Virus record (IMG/VR): IMGVR_UViG_3300027780_000027
Location: 1-42,673 of that record
Reading direction: 5' to 3' (one strand)
DNA length: 42,673 bases
Source: a virus
Taxonomy: Duplodnaviria; Caudoviricetes
Shown here: positions 28,315 to 36,117 of the stretch, in pieces
Position numbering within the stretch: position 1 is the first letter of the stretch
How the letters are laid out: every line of letters starts with the position of its first letter
The notes under the pieces: model-generated
The model's input: the letters and a program-made list of their open reading frames with translations, nothing else
Told to the model about the DNA's origin: nothing
The model's database searches: none
Made by a program: the position numbers and the translations under genes

Positions 28315-28674
28315 TTAATTTATAGGAGGAACAGGCTCACCAACTATAAGGGTAATTGATACAGGATTAATTTCCAATTCAACACGTTCAGCTATTAATG
28401 CCTCAATCTTAGCAACTTGTTCTTCACCCATAGCATCTTGAGTCCACTCAACAACTATTTCATTTGTTAAATCTTCAAAGGGTATAAATGGGGTTTCTGG
28501 ATCTAATGGAACAGTTTGTGTTCCTATATTTGTGGTTGAATAAGGATTTCCTTCAGGATCTAATTGATCCGAAATTCCTGTTACTATCCAATGTACGTTA
28601 TATACTACGTCTGTTTCACCTTCTTCTTGGGGGTGTACATCTACTGTTTTGCAATTCCAAGTATAGTTAATCAT
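28315..28674 (-). CDS. Fibre-associated small acidic protein
   Basis: YTW...DVVYNVHW...FIPFEDLT..VVEW family, typically found after tail fibre genes. Confidence 0.65.
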   Translation of the reverse strand: MINYTWNCKTVDVHPQEEGETDVVYNVHWIVTGISDQLDPEGNPYSTTNIGTQTVPLDPETPFIPFEDLTNEIVVEWTQDAMGEEQVAKIEALIAERVELEINPVSITLIVGEPVPPIN

Positions 28675-28731
28675 ATTTATTTATTTATTAAATTATTGCT
28701 ATTTGTTTAATTGTTTATGATTACTTCTACT

Positions 28732-30651
28732 TTAAAAAGTATTTTTATCAAATACTCTATATTTAATTTTTAATTTTATATTTAGACATCTTGATGGAAA
28801 ACTGTTTATTCCAGCAGGCGCTTTGATAGTCATAGCTGAATTAAATCTGTAAACTCTATTTAACTCTGGAACATCACGACTATAAATTCCAAGTCCATTA
28901 AAAGTAGATGCTGCTATTTCAGTCATCCTAGCAGTTACCAATTGTGTTGCTACTGCGTTTGTTGATATCCCATCTATCTCACATACAAGATCAGATAAAA
29001 AATTACCTGATCCCGTTGGATCAGATTCCATAAACCAGTTACTTTCTTCAACAACAATAGCTTTACCGCTGCCAGGAGCAGATAGTAAAGTTACTTTTGT
29101 ATTAGTTAATGCGTTAAGTTGAGCCAAGGTAAATGACCAAGTTGCTTCTTGTGATCCTCTTACAACTTGACCAGTTGGATCAACAGATAAAGTTGCTAAT
29201 GTGTCTGCAGGGAATCCTTTTTGTAATTGAATTGGATCTAAAGCATTTGCTCCTGTTTGTGTTGCGGTTGCAGTATAGTTGTTAAATAAAATGTTGCCAC
29301 CCCTTGTTATAGTCATTTTTGTATCTGAAATCTGAACGTTTCCAGAGTCAGCTGCAGAGTTTAAAGCAAAGTGCATGTCACTTCTCCCAAAACTATCACC
29401 AGATGCATTTCTAGCTATAATAGCCGCTTTTTCAGAATTGCTTTCAGAATCAATAGTGCTAAACTTTAAAGCAGCCTCTGTTCCTGCTGCGCTACTATAA
29501 GATAGTATTTTTACATTAGTATTATTAATTCCATTTCTAATAGTAAGTTTTTCACTTGGACCAGATGTCCCTATACCAACATTACCGTCAGCAGATCCGT
29601 TAATCTTTATAAAACCAGATCCCGTGCTTAATTCAAGACTTGGTGGAACAAACCCATTTCCTGTAGAAGAAACAACAACGTTTCCACTGCTATCTACATT
29701 TATTTGTGCGTAATTGTTTGCGTCATATCCAATTTTAACTTGAGGAGGGGTAGTTCCATATACTTCTAACTTAGCAGAAGGATTTGTTGTTCCTATACCC
29801 ACGTTACCATTTGCTACTATAACATTTCCCTTTAATCTAGTGCTTGTTATAAGGTCGTTTCCTAGAACCACTGTATTTGAACCAGCACTTATAGCGTCTG
29901 TACCTATAACAATTTCATTTACTGAGGCAAGCCCATTTGATTGCGTTAATGAGCCTATAAATACTGAATCACTAGAGTTTCCGTTTGTACCTCCAACTCT
30001 TACATATCCTGCTCCGTACCCAATAGCTGTATTGTTTTTTCCAGTATCGTTTGTTGAACCAGAATTAATACCTCCTACTAAACCGAGAGATAAGTAACCT
30101 ACTGCCGTATTCTTATCTTTACTATTAACCGCCATTAAAGACCCATATCCAATAGCTGTATTATTATTTCCTGCTATATTATTTTTAAGTGATTGGAATC
30201 CTATAGCAACATTATGGTTACCGGTTGTGTTGTTAAGTTGTGCTTCATTAGCTATTGCAACATTTCTCAATCCCGTTGTAATACTGTCAAGAGCTGATTT
30301 TCCAAAAACAGTATTACCATAAATAGAGGTTCCAGCACCTTGCCCCACGGTTAAACCATTAATTAAAGCATCTCCATCAACATCTAGCTTTGCACCAGGA
30401 GTAGTTGCTCCTATACCTACGTTGCCACCTGGATAGTTTATACCCCCAGTAACCGGCATCCAAATAGAATCCCCAACCATTGTTCTAAGATTTCCAATGG
30501 TAATAAGTTCATTAGTCATTTTTGGTGATGTAAACATACCATCAGTTGGATTAGGTGTTCTACCTAATACTACATAATCAGTATCTTCTGTATTTTTTAC
30601 TACTCTTTTTCTAGAAAGTAGCCCCATCATATCTAATAATATATTTCCCAT
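28732..30651 (-). CDS. Tail fibre/spike protein
   Basis: GNVGIGTT.P..KL.V repeats and NTAIG/NVAIG beta-roll repeats. Confidence 0.8.
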   Translation of the reverse strand: MGNILLDMMGLLSRKRVVKNTEDTDYVVLGRTPNPTDGMFTSPKMTNELITIGNLRTMVGDSIWMPVTGGINYPGGNVGIGATTPGAKLDVDGDALINGLTVGQGAGTSIYGNTVFGKSALDSITTGLRNVAIANEAQLNNTTGNHNVAIGFQSLKNNIAGNNNTAIGYGSLMAVNSKDKNTAVGYLSLGLVGGINSGSTNDTGKNNTAIGYGAGYVRVGGTNGNSSDSVFIGSLTQSNGLASVNEIVIGTDAISAGSNTVVLGNDLITSTRLKGNVIVANGNVGIGTTNPSAKLEVYGTTPPQVKIGYDANNYAQINVDSSGNVVVSSTGNGFVPPSLELSTGSGFIKINGSADGNVGIGTSGPSEKLTIRNGINNTNVKILSYSSAAGTEAALKFSTIDSESNSEKAAIIARNASGDSFGRSDMHFALNSAADSGNVQISDTKMTITRGGNILFNNYTATATQTGANALDPIQLQKGFPADTLATLSVDPTGQVVRGSQEATWSFTLAQLNALTNTKVTLLSAPGSGKAIVVEESNWFMESDPTGSGNFLSDLVCEIDGISTNAVATQLVTARMTEIAASTFNGLGIYSRDVPELNRVYRFNSAMTIKAPAGINSFPSRCLNIKLKIKYRVFDKNTF

Positions 30652-30654
30652 TTT

Positions 30655-30897
30655 TTATCTTTTTTTACCTTTATGCAACCCATGACTAGCATGTTGTTTG
30701 CCTTTTTTAGTAGCAGCACGTTTTTTTTTATTTGCTGCAGCTAACTTAGCTTTACCTTTTTTTGTACTTTTTAATTTATCAATAGTTTTTTTTGGCGCAT
30801 AAACCTCACCAGTTTTAGAGCTTTTTTTACCTGAAGCAGTAGTCCACTTTTGTTTAGTCCATCTTGTTAGACTTTTTTGCTGCTTAGTTTTTGCCAT
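30655..30897 (-). CDS. Small Lys-rich protein
   Basis: QKSLTRWTKQKWTT.SGK...TGE.Y.P motif (DUF5872-like C-terminal part). Confidence 0.75.
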   Translation of the reverse strand: MAKTKQQKSLTRWTKQKWTTASGKKSSKTGEVYAPKKTIDKLKSTKKGKAKLAAANKKKRAATKKGKQHASHGLHKGKKR

Positions 30898-30918
30898 TAT
30901 TTCTTAGCTTTTGCTTTA
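30896..30918. repeat. 23-bp direct repeat, copy 1
   Basis: ATTATTTCTTAGCTTTTGCTTTA, identical at 33390-33412. Confidence 0.9.
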
Positions 30919-31064
30919 GCTGTTTTAGATAAATCTTTCATATGTACTAATGGTTTACTAGTTTTTGTATGTGTCTTACCAGTATGTAATTTACCATTAG
31001 ACATTTTATGACTAGCGCCTTTCCATTCAGTTCCATTTTTTAAATAGTGTTTTACCCCTTTCAT
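30897..31064 (-). CDS. Small Lys/His-rich protein, 55 aa, not in ORF track
   Basis: MKGVKHYLKNGTEWKGASHKMSNGKLHTGKTHTKTSKPLVHMKDLSKTAKAKAKK; TAATG-coupled on both sides. Confidence 0.8.
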   Translation of the reverse strand: MKGVKHYLKNGTEWKGASHKMSNGKLHTGKTHTKTSKPLVHMKDLSKTAKAKAKK

Positions 31065-31255
31065 TATTTCTTTGTTTTATATCCGCCTCCGTTTGCTTTG
31101 TAGCGTTTAGCTAACATTTGGGCTTTACGTGCAGACCATTGTCCTGCATTTCCACCTTTACTTCCAGCTTTGATTGAATTAAATAATCTTTTACGCATTG
31201 TAGGTTTAGTATAGTTACCAGAACTATTTACAGTGCTTTTCTTTTTTGTTGCCAT
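31064..31255 (-). CDS. Small Lys-rich protein (DUF5872-like N-terminal part)
   Basis: NYTKPTMRKRLF..IKAGSKGG.AGQWSARKAQMLA..YK..GGGY. Confidence 0.8.
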   Translation of the reverse strand: MATKKKSTVNSSGNYTKPTMRKRLFNSIKAGSKGGNAGQWSARKAQMLAKRYKANGGGYKTKK

Positions 31256-31509
31256 TATCTTTTTGATTTAGCTCCAGAACATTTCCAACGCTTACGAGAT
31301 AAATTATTTGGAGTGTTAGGATCATTTCTTTTTTTCTTAGATACTCTTTTCTTAATACCTAAACTTCTTGCACAGTAACTATCACCTTTAGACGTACCAG
31401 GTTTTACCCTTGGTCCACCACCTTTGGCTTTACCTGCTTGTCCATAACTTACTTTTTTACCTGATGAGGTAATCTTTACTTTTGCTTTTCCCTTTCTTGG
31501 TGTCGCCAT
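31255..31509 (-). CDS. Small Lys-rich protein
   Basis: KKVSYGQ...SYCARS...SRKRWKC, a family common in aquatic phages. Confidence 0.8.
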   Translation of the reverse strand: MATPRKGKAKVKITSSGKKVSYGQAGKAKGGGPRVKPGTSKGDSYCARSLGIKKRVSKKKRNDPNTPNNLSRKRWKCSGAKSKR

Positions 31510-31526
31510 TAATTCTTTATTGTTAT

Positions 31527-32870
31527 TTATACTCCTCCACCATCAAGAACAACCCATCCAAAAGTATTAATTATAGATGTTCTTGCTGTTTCAGCAGCTG
31601 TTCCTAAAGTGTAAGTAGATGGTTGAAACCCTATATTTCCACCTGGCGCTCCAGTTCCTCCAGGATAAGCAGCTTGTAATTGAGCTTCCCAAGCTACTAA
31701 GATATTGTCATATATTGTGGTTGTAAAACCCCCTCCTTGATTGCCTCCAAAAAAATTCTGAAAATTAGGACCTTGAGTTATAACCCAATTAGAAATATCA
31801 CCTATAACTGCATTATCTATTCCATTGTTTGTTCCAAAAGTTAAACCAAATAGCAGCGCGCTGCTTATATTCCAATTACTAAGGTCTCTATTGAAACCTG
31901 TGCTTTGCTGTAAAAATCCATTAAAGTCAACTACATTTTTTGTGTTCCAATCTGTAATATTAGGATTAAGAGCTAAGAAATTCAGTCCCCTTAAAAACAT
32001 TTGCCTCATAGTTGTAGCACTACCAACATCCCACGTATTAAGTGACTCTTGTGTTAATGGGCCAACGTATGCTTGACGAAATACAGCCTCCATAATAGTC
32101 ACATTGCTTACATCCCAATTCCCAATAGGTTGGTTAAAGCTTTCCGAGTTCCCAAACATTTCATACATACTTGTAACCAGCGGGAAATTCCAATTATTTA
32201 TGTTAGCACTGCCTCCATTGTTAAAAGCAAGTGCTTTTTTAAAAATGCTATCTATAGAAGTCACATTACTCAAATCCCAAGAACCTATGTTTTGATTGAA
32301 ATCATTTGTCTCTTCAAACATACTGCTTATATCTATAGCACTACTCATGTCCCATAGATTTAAAGGCTTATTGTAAATAGTAGATCTGGTAAACATATTT
32401 GCAAAATTCTCAACATTACTTACATCCCAATGGTTGATGTTTGAGTTAAACAAAGAACAGTTAGCAAAAGCGCCTAAAACACTGGTTAAGATTGATAAGT
32501 TAGGTGCATCTGTTGCTGACATAGTCATGTTGGAACACCCATTAAAAGCAACAAAAAAGCTTTGCCAAATGCAAGTCCCCCAATTTTTTATTTCTATAAG
32601 TTTTTCTGAATCACCAGATGAAGCAAACCTAATCTGTCCAGTCACAGCAGTAACTTTTATATCATAAATTCCTGAACTTGCATAAGTGTGATCTTGTTGT
32701 CCTGTAACTCCAGTATCTACATTGCCATCTCCCCAATCTATATCTATAGCTTCAGCTGATACCCAAGGTAATCTAAATTCATCGTTGCTAGTAGAACCTG
32801 GATTGTCAGTTTTTACACGAATAACAAAACGTTCTTCTGCACCTAGTGATTTACATAGTACTCTTCTCAT
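31527..32870 (-). CDS. BspA-family/DUF285 leucine-rich repeat surface protein with PKD-like N-terminus
   Basis: IDWGDG...HTYASSGIYDIKV followed by repeated FNQ.IG.WDVSNVT.M..MF units. Confidence 0.88.
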   Translation of the reverse strand: MRRVLCKSLGAEERFVIRVKTDNPGSTSNDEFRLPWVSAEAIDIDWGDGNVDTGVTGQQDHTYASSGIYDIKVTAVTGQIRFASSGDSEKLIEIKNWGTCIWQSFFVAFNGCSNMTMSATDAPNLSILTSVLGAFANCSLFNSNINHWDVSNVENFANMFTRSTIYNKPLNLWDMSSAIDISSMFEETNDFNQNIGSWDLSNVTSIDSIFKKALAFNNGGSANINNWNFPLVTSMYEMFGNSESFNQPIGNWDVSNVTIMEAVFRQAYVGPLTQESLNTWDVGSATTMRQMFLRGLNFLALNPNITDWNTKNVVDFNGFLQQSTGFNRDLSNWNISSALLFGLTFGTNNGIDNAVIGDISNWVITQGPNFQNFFGGNQGGGFTTTIYDNILVAWEAQLQAAYPGGTGAPGGNIGFQPSTYTLGTAAETARTSIINTFGWVVLDGGGV

Positions 32871-33373
32871 TAGTTAGGGTTTGAAATTGATAAATCAAAA
32901 ACTAATCCGCTTGCTGAATTATTACTTACACTTAAAGCCAATTGATTTCGTGAGCCGTCAGCAGCATATGTACCACCATATTGTGTCCAACCTGCAGGAA
33001 TGGTAAGCGTTTCAGTAGTTGTTGATTTTATATAAAGTGTAACAACAACTGTTTTGCCAAGTGTTGGTGCGCTAGTTACACTTAATGTTGTAGCACCAGT
33101 TAATGTTAGCTCATGATTATCTTTAGATAGATCTATTGCATAAGTCCCACTAACCGAAGTGTTTTCTACACTTACCGGTTTAGTTGCTAATCCTGCATTA
33201 GTAAAAGTTTTAATAGAACCCATTGTAACAAGTTCTGTTTCAACTTTTGGATGAGGCTTCATTCTTTCTTGAGCAGATGCGTATCTTGCTAATGTAATAT
33301 AATCATCTGTTTTTGGAGTTACTACTTTCTTTCGTGAAAGCATTCCCATCATGTCTTGTAATATTGTTCCCAT
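32870..33373 (-). CDS. Short fibre/adaptor protein sharing its N-terminus with the 639-aa fibre
   Basis: MGTILQDMMGMLSRKKVV versus MGNILLDMMGLLSRKRVV; TAATG-coupled to the BspA gene. Confidence 0.7.
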   Translation of the reverse strand: MGTILQDMMGMLSRKKVVTPKTDDYITLARYASAQERMKPHPKVETELVTMGSIKTFTNAGLATKPVSVENTSVSGTYAIDLSKDNHELTLTGATTLSVTSAPTLGKTVVVTLYIKSTTTETLTIPAGWTQYGGTYAADGSRNQLALSVSNNSASGLVFDLSISNPN

Positions 33374-33389
33374 TTTTATTTATTTTTAT

Positions 33390-33412
33390 ATTATTTCTTA
33401 GCTTTTGCTTTA
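33390..33412. repeat. 23-bp direct repeat, copy 2
   Basis: Identical to 30896-30918; lies in the micro-ORF MKIYKAKAKK (33391-33423, minus strand). Confidence 0.9.
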
Positions 33413-33425
33413 TATATTTTCATAT

Positions 33426-33632
33426 TTAATTTTTCTTAATAAATTCAAGAATAATATTTAGCTTTTCTTTTACTTCATTCATTTGCTTTCTTAAATCTTC
33501 GTGCCTCTTTTCAAAGCCAACCTTTACCTCTTTTATACTAAAAAACGCAAATTGATATAAAACATATAAAGCACCCATTAATAAAACAACAGATAAACCA
33601 TATCCCTCAATTAATTCAAATACTTGTTCCAT
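33426..33632 (-). CDS. Single-TM coiled-coil protein (holin-like)
   Basis: LIEGYGLSVVLLMGALYVLY TM segment followed by a coiled coil. Confidence 0.6.
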   Translation of the reverse strand: MEQVFELIEGYGLSVVLLMGALYVLYQFAFFSIKEVKVGFEKRHEDLRKQMNEVKEKLNIILEFIKKN

Positions 33633-33633
33633 T

Positions 33634-33771
33634 TTATTTTTTCTTTTTTGGTAAAGATTTTATTTTTCCGTTTGTTGTTTTTGCGTATCTATGAGTTTTA
33701 GTTTCTTTACTAGGGATCAATGTTCCGCTATATGTTTTCCCTTTCCACTTCCAACTTACTTTACTTGCCAT
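33634..33771 (-). CDS. Small Lys-rich protein, 45 aa, not in ORF track
   Basis: MASKVSWKWKGKTYSGTLIPSKETKTHRYAKTTNGKIKSLPKKKK; fills the gap exactly. Confidence 0.7.
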   Translation of the reverse strand: MASKVSWKWKGKTYSGTLIPSKETKTHRYAKTTNGKIKSLPKKKK

Positions 33772-33773
33772 AA

Positions 33774-34106
33774 CTAATCTTCTATATCTAAATTAATACT
33801 TTCTGGATATTTGTTATGCATTATATTACGAAGATTAATACACTTCTCATAATCTTCTTCTAAAATATAAAATTCAATCATGCCCTCTAATTCAATTAAT
33901 GCCGGGCCTAATTCAGGATCAAAAGCTAACACAGCATCTAAGTCTTTTGTAAAACTGTCATCTAACATTTCATCAAACGTAATTTCATTGTTTAAAATCC
34001 TATATGAATTATTAAAAGCATTTGCAACTAATTGCTCTTGTAATCTTAATTTTTTTATTTCTTCCAAAGGATCATACTCTTCATTACTTTTGTTTTCTTC
34101 AGACAT
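33774..34106 (-). CDS. Acidic protein with UVR-like C-terminal motif
   Basis: IEFYILEEDYEKCINLRN; first gene of the leftward block. Confidence 0.65.
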   Translation of the reverse strand: MSEENKSNEEYDPLEEIKKLRLQEQLVANAFNNSYRILNNEITFDEMLDDSFTKDLDAVLAFDPELGPALIELEGMIEFYILEEDYEKCINLRNIMHNKYPESINLDIED

Positions 34107-34150
34107 ACAATTTTATTTTTATTAATCTAACTAAATTAACCGTATACTTC

Positions 34151-34160
34151 AATATACAAA
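34151..34160 (-). promoter_or_regulatory. TTTGTATATT motif at the head of the leftward block
   Basis: About 45 bp upstream of the ATG at 34106. Confidence 0.6.
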
Positions 34161-34279
34161 ATTTATTAATTATTTAAAAGAAAAAAGTAACATACGTTTA
34201 AACAATGGTAAATGAAAAAAAAATTTTTCCTACCAAAAAAATAGTGTGTATTGCATAGGTGAGAGGTCCTATTGAATTT

Positions 34280-34297
34280 CTCCCCAGCTAATTTTTG
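34280..34297 (+). promoter_or_regulatory. Conserved upstream motif CTCCCCAGCTAATTTTTG
   Basis: 17/18 identical to 35195-35212; each copy precedes one of two paralogous genes. Confidence 0.6.
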
Positions 34298-34349
34298 AGG
34301 CAGGGTAACCCCCCGTAAGTAATCCTCTTAACTTAATTTATATTGTATT

Positions 34350-34679
34350 ATGAGTGTATTTTTTAGAAAAGTGAACATCAACAAAGGAACCAACACGGCA
34401 ACCGTGATTGCATCCTCTGCACCACTAGGTAACAAGAAGGCAATGATTGCTGGAGTTGAAGTGGCAACACGTGACAATAGTAATATCACCTTTGGGGTAT
34501 TAAGTCTAATGAATCCAACAACGGGCAAGACCTGTGACGCTGATAGCGAAATCATCAAGCATATTCAAAAGAATGTGAATGTGGGTGATGAGATGCCGGA
34601 TTTCCAAATGACTGATAACTTTGTGATGGACATGAAGACCAATGAGCCAACAACTCTGAGATGGATTGAGGCTGTATAA
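34350..34679 (+). CDS. Hypothetical protein, paralog A (109 aa)
   Basis: About 60% identical to 35247-35573 by manual alignment. Confidence 0.85.
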   Translation: MSVFFRKVNINKGTNTATVIASSAPLGNKKAMIAGVEVATRDNSNITFGVLSLMNPTTGKTCDADSEIIKHIQKNVNVGDEMPDFQMTDNFVMDMKTNEPTTLRWIEAV

Positions 34680-34688
34680 TAGTCTAAT

Positions 34689-34714
34689 GGAGGAGGGTGT
34701 AACAGCTCTCCTCC
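34689..34714 (+). terminator. Hairpin after paralog A
   Basis: GGAGGAGGG-TGTAACAG-CTCTCCTCC; U-tract is weak. Confidence 0.55.
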
Positions 34715-34752
34715 TTAATTAATTATTGATATTAACCTTTAACTAAAAGATT

Positions 34753-35025
34753 ATGAACTATGAAATTAAATTATTGACACTTTTATTAGATAAGAGTGTC
34801 AATACTACTGACCTTAGTGAAGATACTAGGAGACTCAATCACTATTGTGCATATTGGTATAGCCAGTACATGAAGAGTGGAGATGAATACTATCTTGAAA
34901 AAGCTAGAAATGCTAGCAAAGACGTAGTGTATTTTGATGACCTTGCTAATGGTGAAACATATGGAGAAGATATGATAAATAGTATGAATGTAGGTGAATT
35001 TCCATGGCCAGATAATGGTCAATAA
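34753..35025 (+). CDS. Acidic hypothetical protein
   Basis: 90-aa ORF with an A-rich leader. Confidence 0.7.
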   Translation: MNYEIKLLTLLLDKSVNTTDLSEDTRRLNHYCAYWYSQYMKSGDEYYLEKARNASKDVVYFDDLANGETYGEDMINSMNVGEFPWPDNGQ

Positions 35026-35036
35026 TAAATAGTAAC

Positions 35037-35068
35037 ACAAAGGGTGTAGTTGATAGCACACCCTTTGT
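35037..35068 (+). terminator. Hairpin after the 90-aa gene
   Basis: ACAAAGGGTGT...ACACCCTTTGT, perfect 11-bp stem. Confidence 0.6.
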
Positions 35069-35194
35069 ATTGTTACTTGATAATCCCTATTTGTTAAAGC
35101 ACTTTGGAAACAGGGAAGTGGAAACATCCAAAGAAAATAGTTCTAGTTCTTATCTCTCTGCTCTTTCAGCTGCTCCCTTCGGTCGCTCTCTCTG

Positions 35195-35212
35195 CTCCCC
35201 AGCTAATATTTG
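35195..35212 (+). promoter_or_regulatory. Conserved upstream motif CTCCCCAGCTAATATTTG
   Basis: Second copy of the motif at 34280. Confidence 0.6.
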
Positions 35213-35246
35213 CACTATTGCATTAATAAATAAAACCAATAAACAA

Positions 35247-35573
35247 ATGGTATATTTTAGAAAAGTAAATATTAATAAGGGAACCAATACAGCAACACTT
35301 ATATGTACTGATACACCCATAGAAAAGAAACAAGCTACAATAGCAGGTATTCCAGTAGCAACCAGAAGCCAAACCAATGTAACATTTGGAGTGCTAAGCT
35401 TGAATGATCCTAAAACAGGTCAAACAATGAATGCAGATCATGCAACAATTAAGGAATTACAGAAGACACTTAATGTTGGAGATGCAATGCCAGGCTTCAG
35501 ATTAAGTACTAATGCCGTAATGGACATGAATACTAAAGAACCAACCACACTAATGTGGGTTGAAGCAGAGTAA
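35247..35573 (+). CDS. Hypothetical protein, paralog B (108 aa)
   Basis: Start set to the ATG at 35247 (MVYFRKVNINKGTN) by alignment to paralog A. Confidence 0.85.
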   Translation: MVYFRKVNINKGTNTATLICTDTPIEKKQATIAGIPVATRSQTNVTFGVLSLNDPKTGQTMNADHATIKELQKTLNVGDAMPGFRLSTNAVMDMNTKEPTTLMWVEAE

Positions 35574-35580
35574 TCTGCAA

Positions 35581-35615
35581 AACAATAGGGATAGTTACTT
35601 ATTATCCCTATTGTT
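35581..35615 (+). terminator. Hairpin after paralog B
   Basis: AACAATAGGGATA...TATCCCTATTGTT, perfect 13-bp stem. Confidence 0.6.
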
Positions 35616-35842
35616 GTTATAAAAAAACAATTTATATTCATTTGTGTCATGCATTATGAATAGGACATCTCATACACCACATATCATTGGTTATTACAAT
35701 CAATATAATTATGATCAGCTTTATATTTATATATAGCTAACTTAAGTGATATACTAGCAACAATAACATAATACTTTGTTGTCTCTCTCTCTATAGGAAT
35801 TGTATAAGATCATCCGGAATATTAAAAACTAACTTAAAAACT

Positions 35843-35926
35843 ATGGACTTACTATACATCGTAATACCAGTACTATTTTTTGCAGTACTAATAATAACAT
35901 TGATAGCACATGCTATTGATAAATAA
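35843..35926 (+). CDS. 27-aa single-TM microprotein
   Basis: MDLLYIVIPVLFFAVLIITLIAHAIDK with an A-rich leader. Confidence 0.5.
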   Translation: MDLLYIVIPVLFFAVLIITLIAHAIDK

Positions 35927-35958
35927 CTTAAAGCTGTAGAGCATTGTACTATAAAATC

Positions 35959-36102
35959 ATGAAAAAATTATTATACTTAATTGCATTGGTAATATTAGTA
36001 TCATCATGCAGAGCACAATGTGGTGCAAGAAAAACAAGGAAGAGTAATAAGTATTATGGAACAGTTACTATTGCTATTGATAAAACAATAAACAACTCTT
36101 AA
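35959..36102 (+). CDS. 47-aa putative lipoprotein
   Basis: MKKLLYLIALVILVSSC signal peptide with a lipobox Cys. Confidence 0.6.
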   Translation: MKKLLYLIALVILVSSCRAQCGARKTRKSNKYYGTVTIAIDKTINNS

Positions 36103-36117
36103 CTATATAACATACTT

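Noticed and set aside
31527-32870. Diversity-generating retroelement targeting the adhesin or fibre
   Set aside because: No reverse transcriptase and no TR/VR pair differing at adenines was seen; the repeats are at the protein level.
35070-35246. 59-aa N-terminal extension of paralog B in the ORF track
   Set aside because: It has a TTG start and low-complexity sequence, spans the regulatory motifs and is absent from paralog A.
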